DNA of 64,000 bases from Lama glama (taxonomy: Eukaryota), in assembly GCA_028534125.1 (NCBI GenBank), contig CM052817.1, positions 10,976,001-11,040,000 on the forward strand, read 5' to 3'. The notes under the pieces were generated by a model. It was given only the letters and a program-made list of their open reading frames with translations. It was not told the DNA's origin and ran no database searches. Made by a program: the position numbers and the translations under genes. This document shows, piece after piece, positions 26,037-39,371 of the stretch (positions are counted from its first letter, which is position 1; the number at the start of each line of letters is the position of its first letter).

Positions 26037-26463
26037 GAATAAAGACAGATCAGACCTCCTTGAGCTTCTGCTCTAGCTGGAAAGACAACCTTCAGTGTAA
26101 ATAATTGGACATTTGTTGACGAGCACTGAGGGAGCACTTGGAGGGGCTTATGGAGGGGCTTATGGAGTGTCTCCGTGTCAGGGAAAACCACTAAGGAAGG
26201 GATGTTTAAGCTGATATCCATAAGATATGTGGTTTACCAGGTGACCAGGGAGAGTAAGTCTTGCTCCAAGAAGAGATGGGCTGATAGTCTTTAAGAGACA
26301 GCTCCAGGTAGGAGATAGCTCTCCTTGGAGAAACTGGTAGACATTAAGTTCAGAGGAAAGGATGGGAAGTGATGAGGCTGGAGAGACCATCAGGAAGCAG
26401 GTCAGGGAGAAATGGACAAGGTTAGGAATCCTAGACCTCACTCTAATGACAGGATCATAGGCA

Positions 26464-26924
26464 TGTGTATTAGTTTCCTACAGCTGCTATAACAAACTAT
26501 CACAAACTGGGTGGCTTAAAACAACAGAAATTTATTCCTGCACAGTTCTGGAGGCTAAAAGCCTGAAACCCAGGTGTCCAAGGAGCCATGCTCTCTCTGC
26601 ATGCTCTAAGGGAAGATCCTTCCCAGCCTCTTCCTAACTCTCGGTGGTTACCAGCAATCTTTGGAGTCCCTTGTCTTGTAGACATATTACCCCCATCTCT
26701 ACTTCTGTCACCATCTGGCCTTCCTTTGTACATCTGTGTCTCTGTGCCCAGATGTCCCTCTTCTTACAAGGACACTGGTCACACTGGATTTAAGGCTCAC
26801 CCTGATCCAGGATGATTTTATCTTAGTTTGATTACACCCACAAAGACCCTATCTCCAAATAAGGTCATAGTCACAGATTCCACGTGGACATGAATTTTGG
26901 GAGGACACCATTCATCCTAGTGTA
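26464..26924 (-). mobile_element. MLT1C-like solo LTR
   Basis: tgtattagtttcct...cacaaactgggtggcttaaaacaacagaaatttatt...ccaaataaggtca. Confidence 0.85.
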
Positions 26925-28323
26925 ACAGGAAAATGATATAATCTGATTTATATTTTAGGAGAACTTCTGGAGATGATAAGGGTAAAGAGAGAGAGAGGAA
27001 GACCAGGAGGGTAGAGATGAACTTCATAGACGTCTTTACTGTTTTTGAAACATAAGGTTTATGGTGAGGTCCTACAGGTGTCAGACATCGAGCAAAGAGC
27101 TGCTTCCATGACATCTCGTTCAGGGTTCACCCAGCCCTGTGAAGAAAGGCAGAGAGCTGACTTCACCTGTCCACGATCACACAGCAACATTTCAAACCTG
27201 GATCAGGCTGGCTCTGGAATCCATAAGCTTTCCATCACCCCAGGCTCAAATCTGAGGACTTGATGAAGGCAATGGCAATCCTTTCACGTGGGTTTCGAGG
27301 AGGCAGAAACGTCAGCGCACTAACAGGTTCCATTTGCGAGCTCACTTCCTATTCCTTATGCACAGCCAGGGCAAAAGGTGAACAGCTAACATGTCCTAAA
27401 GGGCAGTCATGTTGTAACGTGAGGGAACCTGATGGTTCCAATCACACCGCACCATGTCCATTGATTCAACCCTAGGACAGAAATGCTCTTTTTTAAAAAA
27501 AAAAAAAAAAAAGGAGACAAGTAAAATCTGTGCTTTACAAACACTAGCCCATATTAAAATAAGCCTGATTTTTTTTTTCGTAAGAGGAAGAAACTTGAAG
27601 CCATTATCTGAAAACTCAGACAACAGAAATGAATTCAGAGGAAAAAGAGATTAATTGGTGGGAATTGTTCGGACCAATAGCTGATATTGATCAGAAGCAC
27701 AGACGGCCAGATCTTCTTCTCCTTGGCTGTTTTGCCTCCATAGCCCACAATTTTAAAGATGGACTGAAATTTTAAGAAAAGACTATGAAGACCAAGATTA
27801 CTCTCCCTTGAGTTCAGTACTTCTCAAGGGGCCGGGGGAGTGGGGCAGGGGTGGAATGAGTATTCTGGGTGTAAGTTACAGCTTTCGTCACCGATCACAA
27901 TTTTGTCATCTCAAAATCTGATCAGAGCACCCAGCTCTCAGTTTTCTATTTTTGTTTGTCTTTTCTCTGCAATATTAAAAGAGAAAGAAAGGGAGGGAAG
28001 GAAGGAGGGAGAGGGAAAAGGAAGAAAGAAAGGAAAAAACTGTGAGAAAGTAAACATGAACTCCAAAAGGGAGCAGAAAACAATGATCCAATCAATTGCC
28101 CTGATGTTCATTACTGGTTAGAAAATAAAAATAATAAAAATTAAAATGTTAAATCAAGCTTCTCTTTTAAAAATTGTTTCCTAAAAATGAAGCATAGATG
28201 TGTTTAAAAGCAATTAATACGCAATTTTTATCTAGGAAGTGAGTGATTTTTGTGCAAAGAGGGAAAAAAAGGCTCCAGGCTTTGCCTCATCTCCTAGAAG
28301 CATCCCATATTCTTAGATGTGAC

Positions 28324-28337
28324 GTTGCCTTGGTAAC
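28324..28337. promoter_or_regulatory. RFX X-box motif
   Basis: GTTGCCTTGGTAAC versus consensus GTTGCCATGGYAAC, in repeat-free sequence and overlapping a TGACGT half-CRE. Confidence 0.45.
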
Positions 28338-31289
28338 CACAACTTGGTGACCTCGTTATTTCAACCTAATCCTGCTTTGAAATTATAGTTGCTCCACCCT
28401 TTTGCCTGGCTAGCCTGATAACATAATCATTGTAAATGAGGATGGGAAAAAAACAGCAGGATACAGTCCCTCCGGTGACACAGGACCCAGCTCACCTTAT
28501 CATGGAAATAGACGAACAATTAAATGGCATGAATCGAAAACCCTAAAAGTGGATTTTCTTATTTTTATATGGTTTGTTATGCTTATTTTCAAAGCCTACC
28601 AGTTGATTCGATGTAGCAGGGTATCTTGATAGTACTCTATGAAAATGGAAATTTCCTATTTGTGTTAAAAGGAAAAATAAAAGAGAGCCAAATGGTCAAA
28701 GCTGAAGCTCTTAATTATGTGTTTGTTTTGCCCAACAGCCGAATGGAAAAGGGAATCGGAATATAATTTTTTAACGACTAAGATGACAGTATCCGGGTTG
28801 GGTGGCCCAGATTCACTTCCTCTGGCTAAAGCCCCACAAATCAGTTATCTTGCATTCAGATTCCTTCCACAACAAAGGGTCCAAGGAGATGGGATTGCTT
28901 AAATTCTGACTGAAGCAAGTATAAATAGAGTTTAAAGGAAATGTAATGAACTCATTTGTTTCAGTTTAGGTGCTTTGAGATCTCTGTTCTGCTGGAAAAG
29001 GGAGGGGAATTCCATTCTCTTCTCCACTCATTTCCTCACTTTGTGGTCTGAAATGGTAGGGTACCCGAGTGCGGGGTTCAGAGCTCAGTAAAATCTTCTT
29101 ACTGCACTCAAGTCATACCTTGAGGAGTCTGGGTAGCTGTGTGACACTGTCTCTTAGGCCACTGAGCTCCCCCAAATTTCCCCTCCAGGAGACCCTCCCT
29201 AAATCTGACTGTCACACCCCAAGCTGCCTTTTTTCTTTCCAAGAGATCCCCAGTGGTAACACTTGAGGATGGGAGTGGAAGGGAGTTATATGATTCAGAC
29301 ATGCTCCTCCCAATTCTCTTGGTGGCATTGGTTCCAATTCCTCTGCCTCTCCACTGTGTTTTCATCAAAAAATTACCTTTTGATACTGGTGGATGTGCTG
29401 TTGGCCTCACCACTGGGTGTCGACAATGGCTCACAGGTGAGAAGCAAGTTCCTGGTCAGGGTCATTATCCAGAGAGAAGCCTGGACCACATCTGGATATG
29501 TCCTGGACATAATGCCATTTGTGCTTGCACCCCTCCTCCTTGCAAGAAGACAGCTACCAACACCTATTTCTTATAACTATCAGCACTATTATGATGTTGT
29601 TTTAATAATGTAGGGAAAGTCATGGCTCCTTGAAGAAAACATCCTGCTGATGCACTTAATTACCCTGTTATTCTGTCCCCCCTGGATCAACTGTAGAACC
29701 AGGACCAAGGGATGGACTCTACAGCTAGACACATCAAAACTCACTATGAGAAGAAATTTCTAAACAGCACAGTCTTTCCAAAGACATAATAGTTTCAACA
29801 ATAAAGGAAATATACAAAATACAAAGTCTAAGAGCACATACCCTAGATAGCCCAGAACAGATCTGAGTATAAATATTATCTCTTACCACCCTCTAAGTTT
29901 TCATCAGGTAGTGTACTTTTGACTTGGGAGATTCTTAAATGATACACATAGAGACAAAGATGCAAATTCATTGGCAAATCAAGTATCTATGTAGGGATGA
30001 GCAAGAGAATATAATGATGAGAATCATGATAGGATGGGGGTAAGGGACTGATAAGAGACGAGTTTTAGGTCTAGGCTAAGAATCCAGAGAACTCAGCTAG
30101 TTATTGTGAGCATCAAATGATAACTCATGCAAAAATAGATCGACAAGGCTAGATCACGAGATAACTGCAAGGAATGACGATGACAGGCAGCTGGGAGTGC
30201 TGCAGGTTCCTGAACAAGTGAAGCGATGCAAACTCCGTCTGATGAAACCATTCTACCGAACCTCTTCGAGGCAGAAAGAAACAAAGATGAAAAGGATGAC
30301 AAAGGCGGCTGGAGGTAGAGAAGGGAATCTGGGAAGGGAAGGCACAACATTGGCAGAGCTTGGACAACGAGGTGTCCTGATTCATTTCTCATGGCTCTTC
30401 CTTTGACTCTTAGTGTCCAATGGACTTGTAAATAACCGAACTGCCATCCTTTTCCCACATCTCCTTCCCCTGCCTGGAATCACCTCCCATCTCCTCCATC
30501 ATTCATCACCTTCCTTACTTTTCAGCTTGATCACCTCCCCTTTACATCTTGGGTCTCTTCTCAGTTGTCCCTTCCTGCAGATACCATTTCTGGACTCTCC
30601 CCACCCCTCACACTAAATCCTTTCCCTTTGTTCTCCAAACACCCTGCTCTTTCTCTACCTCTACCTTATTATCGCCTCCAGCCCCATCTTCCCAACCACC
30701 ATCATCACACCATAAACTTAAAAACTCTGTGAAGGCAACTGCCATGGCATTTACACCATGCCTGGCACAGAGCATAGACACTCAATGAATTCATTCATTC
30801 ATTTATTCACTCAACAAATATTTACTGAATATACATTCTGTGCCAGGCACTGGAATAGAACAGTAAACGGGATGGATAAATTCCCCACCTTCATTCTTCG
30901 GAGAAAGATTATTTTTAATTAAGGAAACAAAAAAAAAACAAGATAGTTAAAGATGTTTATAAACTGAATTTTTAAAAACTAGTTTGATTACATGGAAGAG
31001 GAAAATCTTCTGTTCGACCCATCTCTTTGGATCCTTGCAGAATCTGTCACCAGCAGCCTGAAACCATCTCTCTCTTCCATGGGGCATTCACCAAGGGCTC
31101 GCTGGGCAGCAGGTGGTGAGGTTCTTGGGGGAGATTTCAGGCCAGTGAGAGGAACTGACAGGTAAACCAGGGATTCCAATCGTGGGTGTAAGGGCTATGA
31201 CAAAGGCGGGAATGTGAGGGCAATAAAAGGGGATGTACGTCGAATATTGCTCGAGAAGAGCGCCTGGTGAAGGTGACATTGCGGCTGGA

Positions 31290-31520
31290 GATTCAGAGCA
31301 CCAAGGCTGTAAGACCAGACTTCCTGGGTTTGAGTACAGCCCTCAGCACTAAGTAACTGTGTGAATGGATGAGTTACTTAATCTCTCTGTGCCTCAGTTT
31401 CCTCATCTGTGAAATGAGATTGATGATAATACTCACCTTATAAGGTAGCTGTAAGGGTTAAATCGGTTAATATACACAAACCATTTAGAACAGGCTGAGC
31501 ACACAGTGAGTGCTCCATGT
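31290..31520 (+). mobile_element. MIR SINE, near full length
   Basis: agttacttaatctctctgtgcctcagtttcctcatctgtgaaatgag...acacagtgagtgctc. Confidence 0.85.
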
Positions 31521-32134
31521 ATTGATCACCATTAACGTTTTTCAAGATGCAAAAGAGTTCGCTCAGTGAAGACGGGAAAGTGGAGAGAGCATTCCAAGAA
31601 GAACAATGTCTGTGGAGTTAAGGAGAAATGGCAATGACCCTAAGATGCCAGGTCAGTCAGTCAGCAGACCCCACCTTTGTCATGAGTGACCATGGGGGGA
31701 ATTCACTGTGACTATCCCTGCCCTGTTGGTTAAAGACAGACCCAAGAGAAACAGGTGATGTGGTCTCTGCCCTCTAAGACATCATATTCAAGAAGACTAA
31801 ATGCAGAAGAAGGAATTGAAGAAGAATCTGAGACAGCATACAACCAGCACTGAACTAGTAGCCAGACTCCAATGATAACAAGAAAAATAGGGTCACAATA
31901 TCTATGTGTTTGTCATTTGCCAGTCACTGGGCTGAACACGTTAACATGTTCTTCCTACTTGAATTCAGCTTACGAACATCCATGTTGTGACTTTCTCCAA
32001 TGATAAAGCCTCCAGGAGATTTCAGAGAAGGAAGAAATGGACTTTACTGTCTCATGAAGACAGTAAAGCTTGTACCAGGCTTGAAAAGAAGGAATGAATT
32101 TGAATAGAGGGACGAGTGAAGGCAGGACTGGAGC

Positions 32135-32570
32135 AGGGCAGTCTGATGGAAATATAATGTGAGCCCCCAGTCTGAGCCACATGCATAATTTAAAATTTTC
32201 TAACAGCCACATTTTTTAAAAAATGAAAAGAAACAGGTGAAATTTGCTTTAAATGTTGTAATAGCCTATAATGAAGAAGAATATATATATGTATAACTGA
32301 ATATATGTATAACTATGCTGTATGCCAGAAACTAACACAACACTGTAAATCAACTATATTTCAATTTTTTAATGTATTTATTTAACTCATGACTATCATT
32401 TCAACATGTGATCAGTATAAAACATTATTTGTGAGATATTTTAAATTCTTTTTTCTGTATTAGGGATTTGAAAACCAATATGTATTTTCACTTCTAAGCC
32501 TTCTCAGTTGCAAGTAGTCCTTCTTCAAGTGCTCAGCAGACACAGGTGGCTGATGGCTCCCATCGTGAAG
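32135..32570 (+). mobile_element. MER33 MITE with nested short L1 3' end (about 32256-32370)
   Basis: MER33 words gaaatataatgtgagc, aaaagaaacaggtgaaatt, tatcatttcaacatgt and ttcaagtgctca; the insert ends ccagaaactaacacaacactgtaaatcaactatatttcaatt. Confidence 0.75.
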
Positions 32571-35500
32571 GAAAAAACATTGGCATTGTTCAGAGCCTCA
32601 TGAGACCTCAGTCACTTTTGATACACACTTTAATCTCCCCAACCATCCTCTTAGGAACGTATTATTATTATTATCTCCATTTTACACATGAGGGCACTGA
32701 GACTCTGAGAGGTTGAGTCAACAGCTAAAAAAGTGGGTTGACCTAGAACTCAAACCCAGACCTGACCAACTGCAAGCTCGGGCATACTCCTCAGGCAAGG
32801 GCTGGCTTAGGAAATGCCCCTGGGGGCTGCAGAGACCAAAACAAGACGATGCTTGAATGAGGGGAAGCCACACAGATCCTGGGGTGTCCTCAACAGCTTT
32901 TCTACCCAGGCCTCACAGACCACAGTGCTGGCTTTTGTAGCCTCCCGGATTTGGAGGAGGAAAAGAAAGCAAAACAAACAAACAAACAAAACCCCAACAA
33001 ACCTTTCCCTTTCCCGATAAATAGAAATTGAAGCTTTTGCGCTGCTCCCTAACAGCAAAACCACCAAAGGGTATGGCAGGAGGCGAGGAAGGGCACCTGT
33101 GGTACATAAATATTTAACTTTTGTCGCAGGGAAGTGCCAGATGAGCAAACACTTGGCTGCTTCTCAGCCAGCAGAGCAGGGTTGCCACACACCCCTGGGG
33201 GGGTGGCTTGATTTTCTTGTCAATTACTGTTTCTCTAACTATTAAGAGAGGAAAGGGGGGAGTCTAAACAGAATTAACAGTAATTTATAATCTGAAAAGG
33301 GACAGCAGGGGTTTGAAGTCTATCTCCATTAGGATACTTTCCTTGCACTCCACGGGAACGCAAGCCACGGGATCCTGGAGGAAAAGGATGTTTATACAGC
33401 AGTTCTGGCCGGAGAGATGCTTTTCCTTATGCCCAGAGGGCAAGGTTCAGCCAACTTTCCGCAGAAAGGTCTGGCCCGTGCTGAACAAGCTGCTGGGACC
33501 CTCTCCCCAGTGTGAGCAGACACTGAGCTTCTCAAGATTTTTATTTCATTTTATTTACTTCTTGTTCAGCAATCCCTCCCTGACTTCTTCAGGGACCTCC
33601 GAGACTGCCCCTCCTCCACCTAAACCAGCAGTCAAGCCCACCAGGAAAATTGCCAACAGAGACACGCATCAGCTCTTCTGTGGGAATTTTCCCCCACGTC
33701 TGCCTTCAATAACTCCTGATTCTTTGAGACAAAGGTTTATTCCACCATCCAAGGCATGTTTTATGCCGCACCGGTTCACTTTGCAAGACCTACTTTTAAA
33801 GACAAGATTTGCAAGGCCACAATATGCAACTTCTTTGGCTGGAGGCAAAAGAAAAGTCAGTTGAGCCCCAGGATTATTGTTTCTTTTCTTTTTCCTTTCT
33901 TTTGGGGTGGGCCTTGGAATGGCCTGGCCTGGCTCAGAACGCTGTCTCTGGCATATGCTTATGCTCCACTCAACATTAATGATGTGATCATGCCTTCGGA
34001 TGAATCTTGGAGCTAAAGGAAGAGACAAAAAGAAAATTCCGTAAACCACCCGAATCCATTAGCTGAAATGCCATACATTTTAGTCCTTCACAAACCAGTC
34101 TCGGATCACTAGCGACCCCAAGTGACCAACTTTAAATGATGGTAAGTTTCTTTTCTGCAGAAAAGAAACAAGGTTTTTTCACTCTCACATCCCCGTAGAA
34201 TTTAAAAACTGGGAAGCTGGAAGGACCGTTAAATGTCGCCTGGCCCAACCACCTCATTTTACAGAAATAAGAGGTCCAGAGAGGTAAAGAGGAGTTCCAA
34301 AAGTCACACAGTATGTCAGGGGCAAGTTAGGAAGCAGTACAAGGAAAGGTTGCAAGAGATCCTATGGGATCGGATTTTAGTTCTTTAATGGGAGGGGAAA
34401 AGGAACAGTTTTTGCCCCAGACCACAAAATAAATATTGCTATTACAAAAGAATCACCGTGGCGAGTCTGCATGTTCTAAGAGAGTCAAAGTTCCGTTAGG
34501 TACACACCCAATGCACACTTTCTTTTTTCCTCTTCCATGCCTAAACTGACCAGGGTATATTAAACTAATCATCCCAAGTGTGGGGTCAGCCTGGGAGAGA
34601 AGGAGGAAGTCAGAATTTGTCAAATGTGGATTAGAGGCTTATTCCCAAAGCCTGACCTTTGAGTAAAGAGAAATTTGGCATATGGTTCCATCCCCCAACA
34701 GCACTGTTGAGTGGACACTCCCATTCTTATCTTAGAAATGAGAAAGTGGGGGCTCAGGGAAACTAACTAACCTGGCCAATATCAGTCAGCTACTAAATTG
34801 CAAAACCAACTCCCTGCATGATTTTACTGTGAATACTTTGATGTATCCATCCATTAAATGGGGTAATAAAGCCTGTTCATAGAAACAGAAAATGTTGATG
34901 TTAGAAAAGGGAGGAGCCCCTTCCAAACAAAATGGGCCCCTAGTATATAAAGCAGACAAAAGTGATTAGTATCTACTTATGACAAAGTCAATCAAAGACA
35001 ACATGGGTGCTGTTATAACAAACATTAGGGTATCCCATCCTCCTTAAAATAAAAACTAGAACCTTTAAGGTTTTGCTCCAAGTCAAGTCTCCCTTCTTTC
35101 CCCTGTGTCACCCTGTCCCTTGGTCTCACTTGGTCTCCTCTTTCCATCAGGGGGCCAGACTCCTGGCATGACACCTCCTCCTCTTGGCAGCTCTGTCCCA
35201 AGCAGTGACAGAATTCTCTTTACTGTTGGCTCTGAGCACCACGGAGACAGTCTGGAATTTTCCCAATGCTCTTCCTAAAATTACTGCAGGAGAATAGAAG
35301 GTGAATAAACACAGAGAGCGGGAGAAACCTAAAATCAGTCTGACTTACAGAGCATGAAATTCTGATCCAAATTCTGCCAGGGGTGGTTCCCTCCAGAGCT
35401 AGCATGTACTGCTCTGTTCCAGGAAGGGTCTAAGATAGAAACCCTCCATGTAAATTGTTACAGCCCTTCTGAAGAGCAGTGTGGCCACACCTTCAAGGTC

Positions 35501-35759
35501 TGGGAAAGAGTCCTGCCCTTTGGCCTAGTAGCTCCACCTCTAGCAATCCACTTGAATGAAATAATTAAACAGTGCAGGCAGTAATTTCTACAAAAAGATT
35601 ACCATCACTAATTTACTGATAACTACCAAAAAAAAAATACTGGAAGCAAATTATACAACAATAGGGCTCATGATGGCACCAGAAAATGGAAGATTATGTA
35701 ACTATCAAAAATGATGTTTTCAAAGCATGTTTAACGATACTAAATAGGGGGAAAAAGCA

Positions 35760-35916
35760 TTTTTTAATTTTTATTTTTAAAGACTTTGGCAGGGGCAGTA
35801 ACTAGGCTCATTTATTTATCTATCTTTTATTATTTTTTAATGGAGGTATTGGCGATTGAACCCAGGTTCTCATGCATGCTAAGCATGCACTCTACCACTG
35901 AGCTATGCCCTCCCCC
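35760..35916 (-). mobile_element. tRNA-Ala-derived SINE (vic-1-like) inserted in an old L1M fragment
   Basis: gattgaacccagg...gcatgctaagcatgcactctaccactgagctatgccctccccc; TSD core aaagcatttt on both sides. Confidence 0.85.
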
Positions 35917-38900
35917 TGAAGAAAGCATTTTAAATGGCATTAAATGAAAAGAGCAGGGTGCCAAACCAGTACCCACTACGTGATCAAATAATTTAAACCA
36001 AGATAAGAGAAGTGTTAGTGTAGAGAAAAAAATGAGGAGATGAAACCTGCCAAAATGCTCACAGTAGTTATGAACAAGTGATAAGATTAATGTTGATTTC
36101 TTTCTTATTTATTTTTCTTGAGTTGTACAATGAGGTTGCATTAATTTATAATCTAAAAATAAAATAGATTTTTTTAAAAAATAGATTGACCCTCTAGCCC
36201 CAAAAGCTGATGCATTTTCTCAGGCCACATCCTGTTTCCTTCTGCTCCACCGTCATCTTGCTCCTCCACTTTAGTGCCTTGATACTCGCCTCACTCCTGC
36301 TCTCCTTTCTGCTTGTCCATCTGAGAGATCACATTTGTAACCCAGCCAGTGATATGACCCTTCAAGGGATCACACTTGTCAAGATGCCCCTTCTCAGGTG
36401 CCCCTTCTCAAATTCCTTACCATTCAACAGAGCAACCCAGTGAAACCTACATGACTGAGCATCTTAAATGCTCTTTCCTTACCTCCTGGTTGAAAGGCAG
36501 GGTCTTTGTAAATTTGCAATTTATTCGACTAATATTTATTGAGTGTCCAGGCCCTGTTCTAACAGGATACAAGACCAGGTCCCTACCCTCAGGGAGCTGA
36601 AACTCTGGCAGGAAAAGACAGATAATAAATAATCCTGCAATGAGAAGACTATCCGTTGTGATCATGCCATGCTTGGAGGGACTAGGCAGCCGTCTGAGAT
36701 GGTTACTCTTCACCTGTGATGGCAAAAACACAAGGGAATATCCAGATGCACTCTGATGCCAAGATGTTTGGGAGAGCCCAGCCTCTCCAGGGTTCGTGCA
36801 CTGGTGGTGAGTGTTCTCTCAAGAAGAGAGCTGTGGGAAACTGGGAAACGCAGACGTGAGCCTGGGTGGCACCAGCTGACTCCCATTCCCGATATATAAT
36901 GACCCCCTCCTTCCCACCCAACAAGTGATGTGGGTTAGAAGAGAAACACTAGAAGAGGATTGGAAAGGGAGTTTGGAGACTTCGATATCCCTGCCAAAAA
37001 GCAGACTACTGTAAGTAGGTTGAAGGTAGCCTGTTGCTTCCTTTTTGTGTGTTACTGTTTTTTTACCAAAAGAATGATAAAAGCCAGCACACTCACACAC
37101 TCACACACTCGCTCACATCCATCCTCTCTTCCTGATCACCTATGGTGTCACCTGAGTATCCGTTCAGAAAAATTTCCCACTTTTCTGTAACTGCCATGAC
37201 ACTCCTTTCTGAACATAAATAGGGATTTCAACAGGGCGGAAAGCAGTCACGAAATCACCAAAAGACCCTTCAAGCACCAAACAGCAGACAGAAAGTAGTT
37301 TGAAGCGGACTGTAACCGATTAAGGCAAAGGGTCCTGTTCTGAGGACTGGCTCTTTGAACAGGACATTGGATGACCTAGGGTGGGTGCTGGGGAAGGGAG
37401 GGAGCAGACGTAAATCAAGGGAACGGCACACACCCCATCGCTCTCAGGCCCATGGAAAATTTTAGAGAAAACTCAAGAAAATGAAAATGGAACTAGCTCC
37501 AAATACATCCCAGATGTCCACCTCCAGCTCCCAAGAAGCAGGCAGGTGAAGTGGAATAAAGCTTTTTCCAGCTCTCCTACAAATATTTAAGATGAAAACA
37601 AGCCCCTTGGAATACGTTGCCCACTAATGTAGCTTCCAGAATTTCCTTTCTCTAGTTGTTTAAGCCAAATAGCAAATGGACACCTAAGCAGATGCTACCT
37701 TGCTCTTCGAATGTTCAGTGAATGCTTTGTCTCCCCAAGTGTATTAATGAGCTTCAAAGGCAGAAGCCATAGCTGGTGCCTGCACTGAACCCACGGCTGC
37801 TAGGAGGTACGTACGTGCTCATGGGTGGACTGAAGCACAAACCTCAAAGATGTGAGGGTCTATTGATACATGTTACCTGCTAATAAAATTCACATAAGCA
37901 TCCAGAATGTATAGAGAAAGGGGGTTACGGAGCTACTGGTAACCATAATAACAGCAACTAAAACCTCTTTACAATTTACAAAGCACTTTCATCTCTTTAT
38001 CTCTTAACTCCCAAAACAGCCATGTGAAATAAGTATTGGGGTTAATTCTCCAATCCCAGCACCTTTCTGAGAATATTACCAGATGGACTAATTACTCAGT
38101 TCATAAAAAAATATGCTCACTCTAACCCCAGGAATCCCAGACTGAGCTGCGTTAGCAGAAAGAAACAGCAGTGAGCTTTCCTTGCATGTCTTCAAAAAGG
38201 CATACGAGTCTGGACAGCGGCAGCTGTAAATGGCAAAGTGAATGCATCTGGGAAGAAAAACTGTAGACTTTATTTTTCATATTCCTACCATTATTAATTC
38301 ATTTTTTGTTTATGGGGTTTTTTTGGTTTTATTTTGTGCTTTTAGTATAAATTTTTTAATAACTTAACCCCCATCCGATAAATATCTGACACTAAAAAAA
38401 AAAAAAAAGAAAATCCTTAAATGAGCCGGGGAAAGAAAAGCTAAAAAATGGTTTATGCATCAACCTGTTCCAGCTTGGCTTATTTCATTTTGACAACAAA
38501 GCCACAGTTTGAACCAAAAAACTCATTAATAAACCTGTTCTTACAATGTTTCTAGACCCATTTTTCAATTTTAAAGGCTCTGAAAAATTAGTTCAGGATT
38601 GTACAATTCTCCAAAATTTCAGACTTTTCGTGTGATAATGTCTATAATTTATTTTAAAGCACATGAGTGCAGGAAGTGTGTGGGGGGGGTGCGCGTGTGT
38701 GCGCACGTGCATGTGTCTAAATTACTTTCAATCTACCCCGTAAGGGTTCTACTTATCAGAAACATTCAACCTAGGAGTATTAATTAACATTTGAAAGATC
38801 CCAGTTAGAAGTCCCAACTCCAGAAGCTCCATGACAATCACTTCAAATATCAAATTCTTAATCTAAAATGTAAGGTTCATTCATTTAGCATAAGGAGTAT

Positions 38901-39371
38901 TTGAAATAATTTCTCACTGTTGAAACGAGTAGTGTTCAAACATGCAGATGGGTTCAGAACACCACACAGGTATCTCCACTACAGTAATAATAGTAATAAG
39001 TGGAATATAAAAAATCTGAGGAGCCCGACCGTCTACTTCAGCAGGACACCCTGGCTTGGTCTCATTTTAATACTATAATATACCATTTGACAGAGAATTC
39101 TATCCCCTGGCCCAACTGGAAATCTGGCTATTCCTACCTCTAGATGGAATATTGCTACATCTGCCAGCGGTAAACCTTTCTTGCAAGGTGCTTTTAAGAA
39201 TGTCAAAGGGTAGAGAACCAGAGCTTCGCCCAGATTACAAGATCATAGCTATGACTGCCGTGGGCCCTGCTTGCTGATAATTATGTGCCTGCTTGGCAGC
39301 AGAATTCTTTGTAACTTCATGGTAACATTGCCTGGGAGCAAGGTCGTGAAGGAAGGGGCCACTGCTCTCAC

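Larger units (their letters stand above)
25495..27010 (-). mobile_element. L2 host element interrupted by the U6/L1 chimera and an MLT1 LTR
   Basis: Antisense L2 tail tcattcattcac at about 25510; L2-like sequence resumes after 26048 and again after 26924. Confidence 0.6.

Noticed and set aside
33313..33864. 183-aa ORF
   Set aside because: TTG start, reads through an intron-like T-rich tract, and no recognisable homology.
35232..35252. RE1/NRSE-like motif ctgagcaccacggagacagtc
   Set aside because: Mismatches fall at strongly constrained positions in both half-sites, so it is too weak to call.
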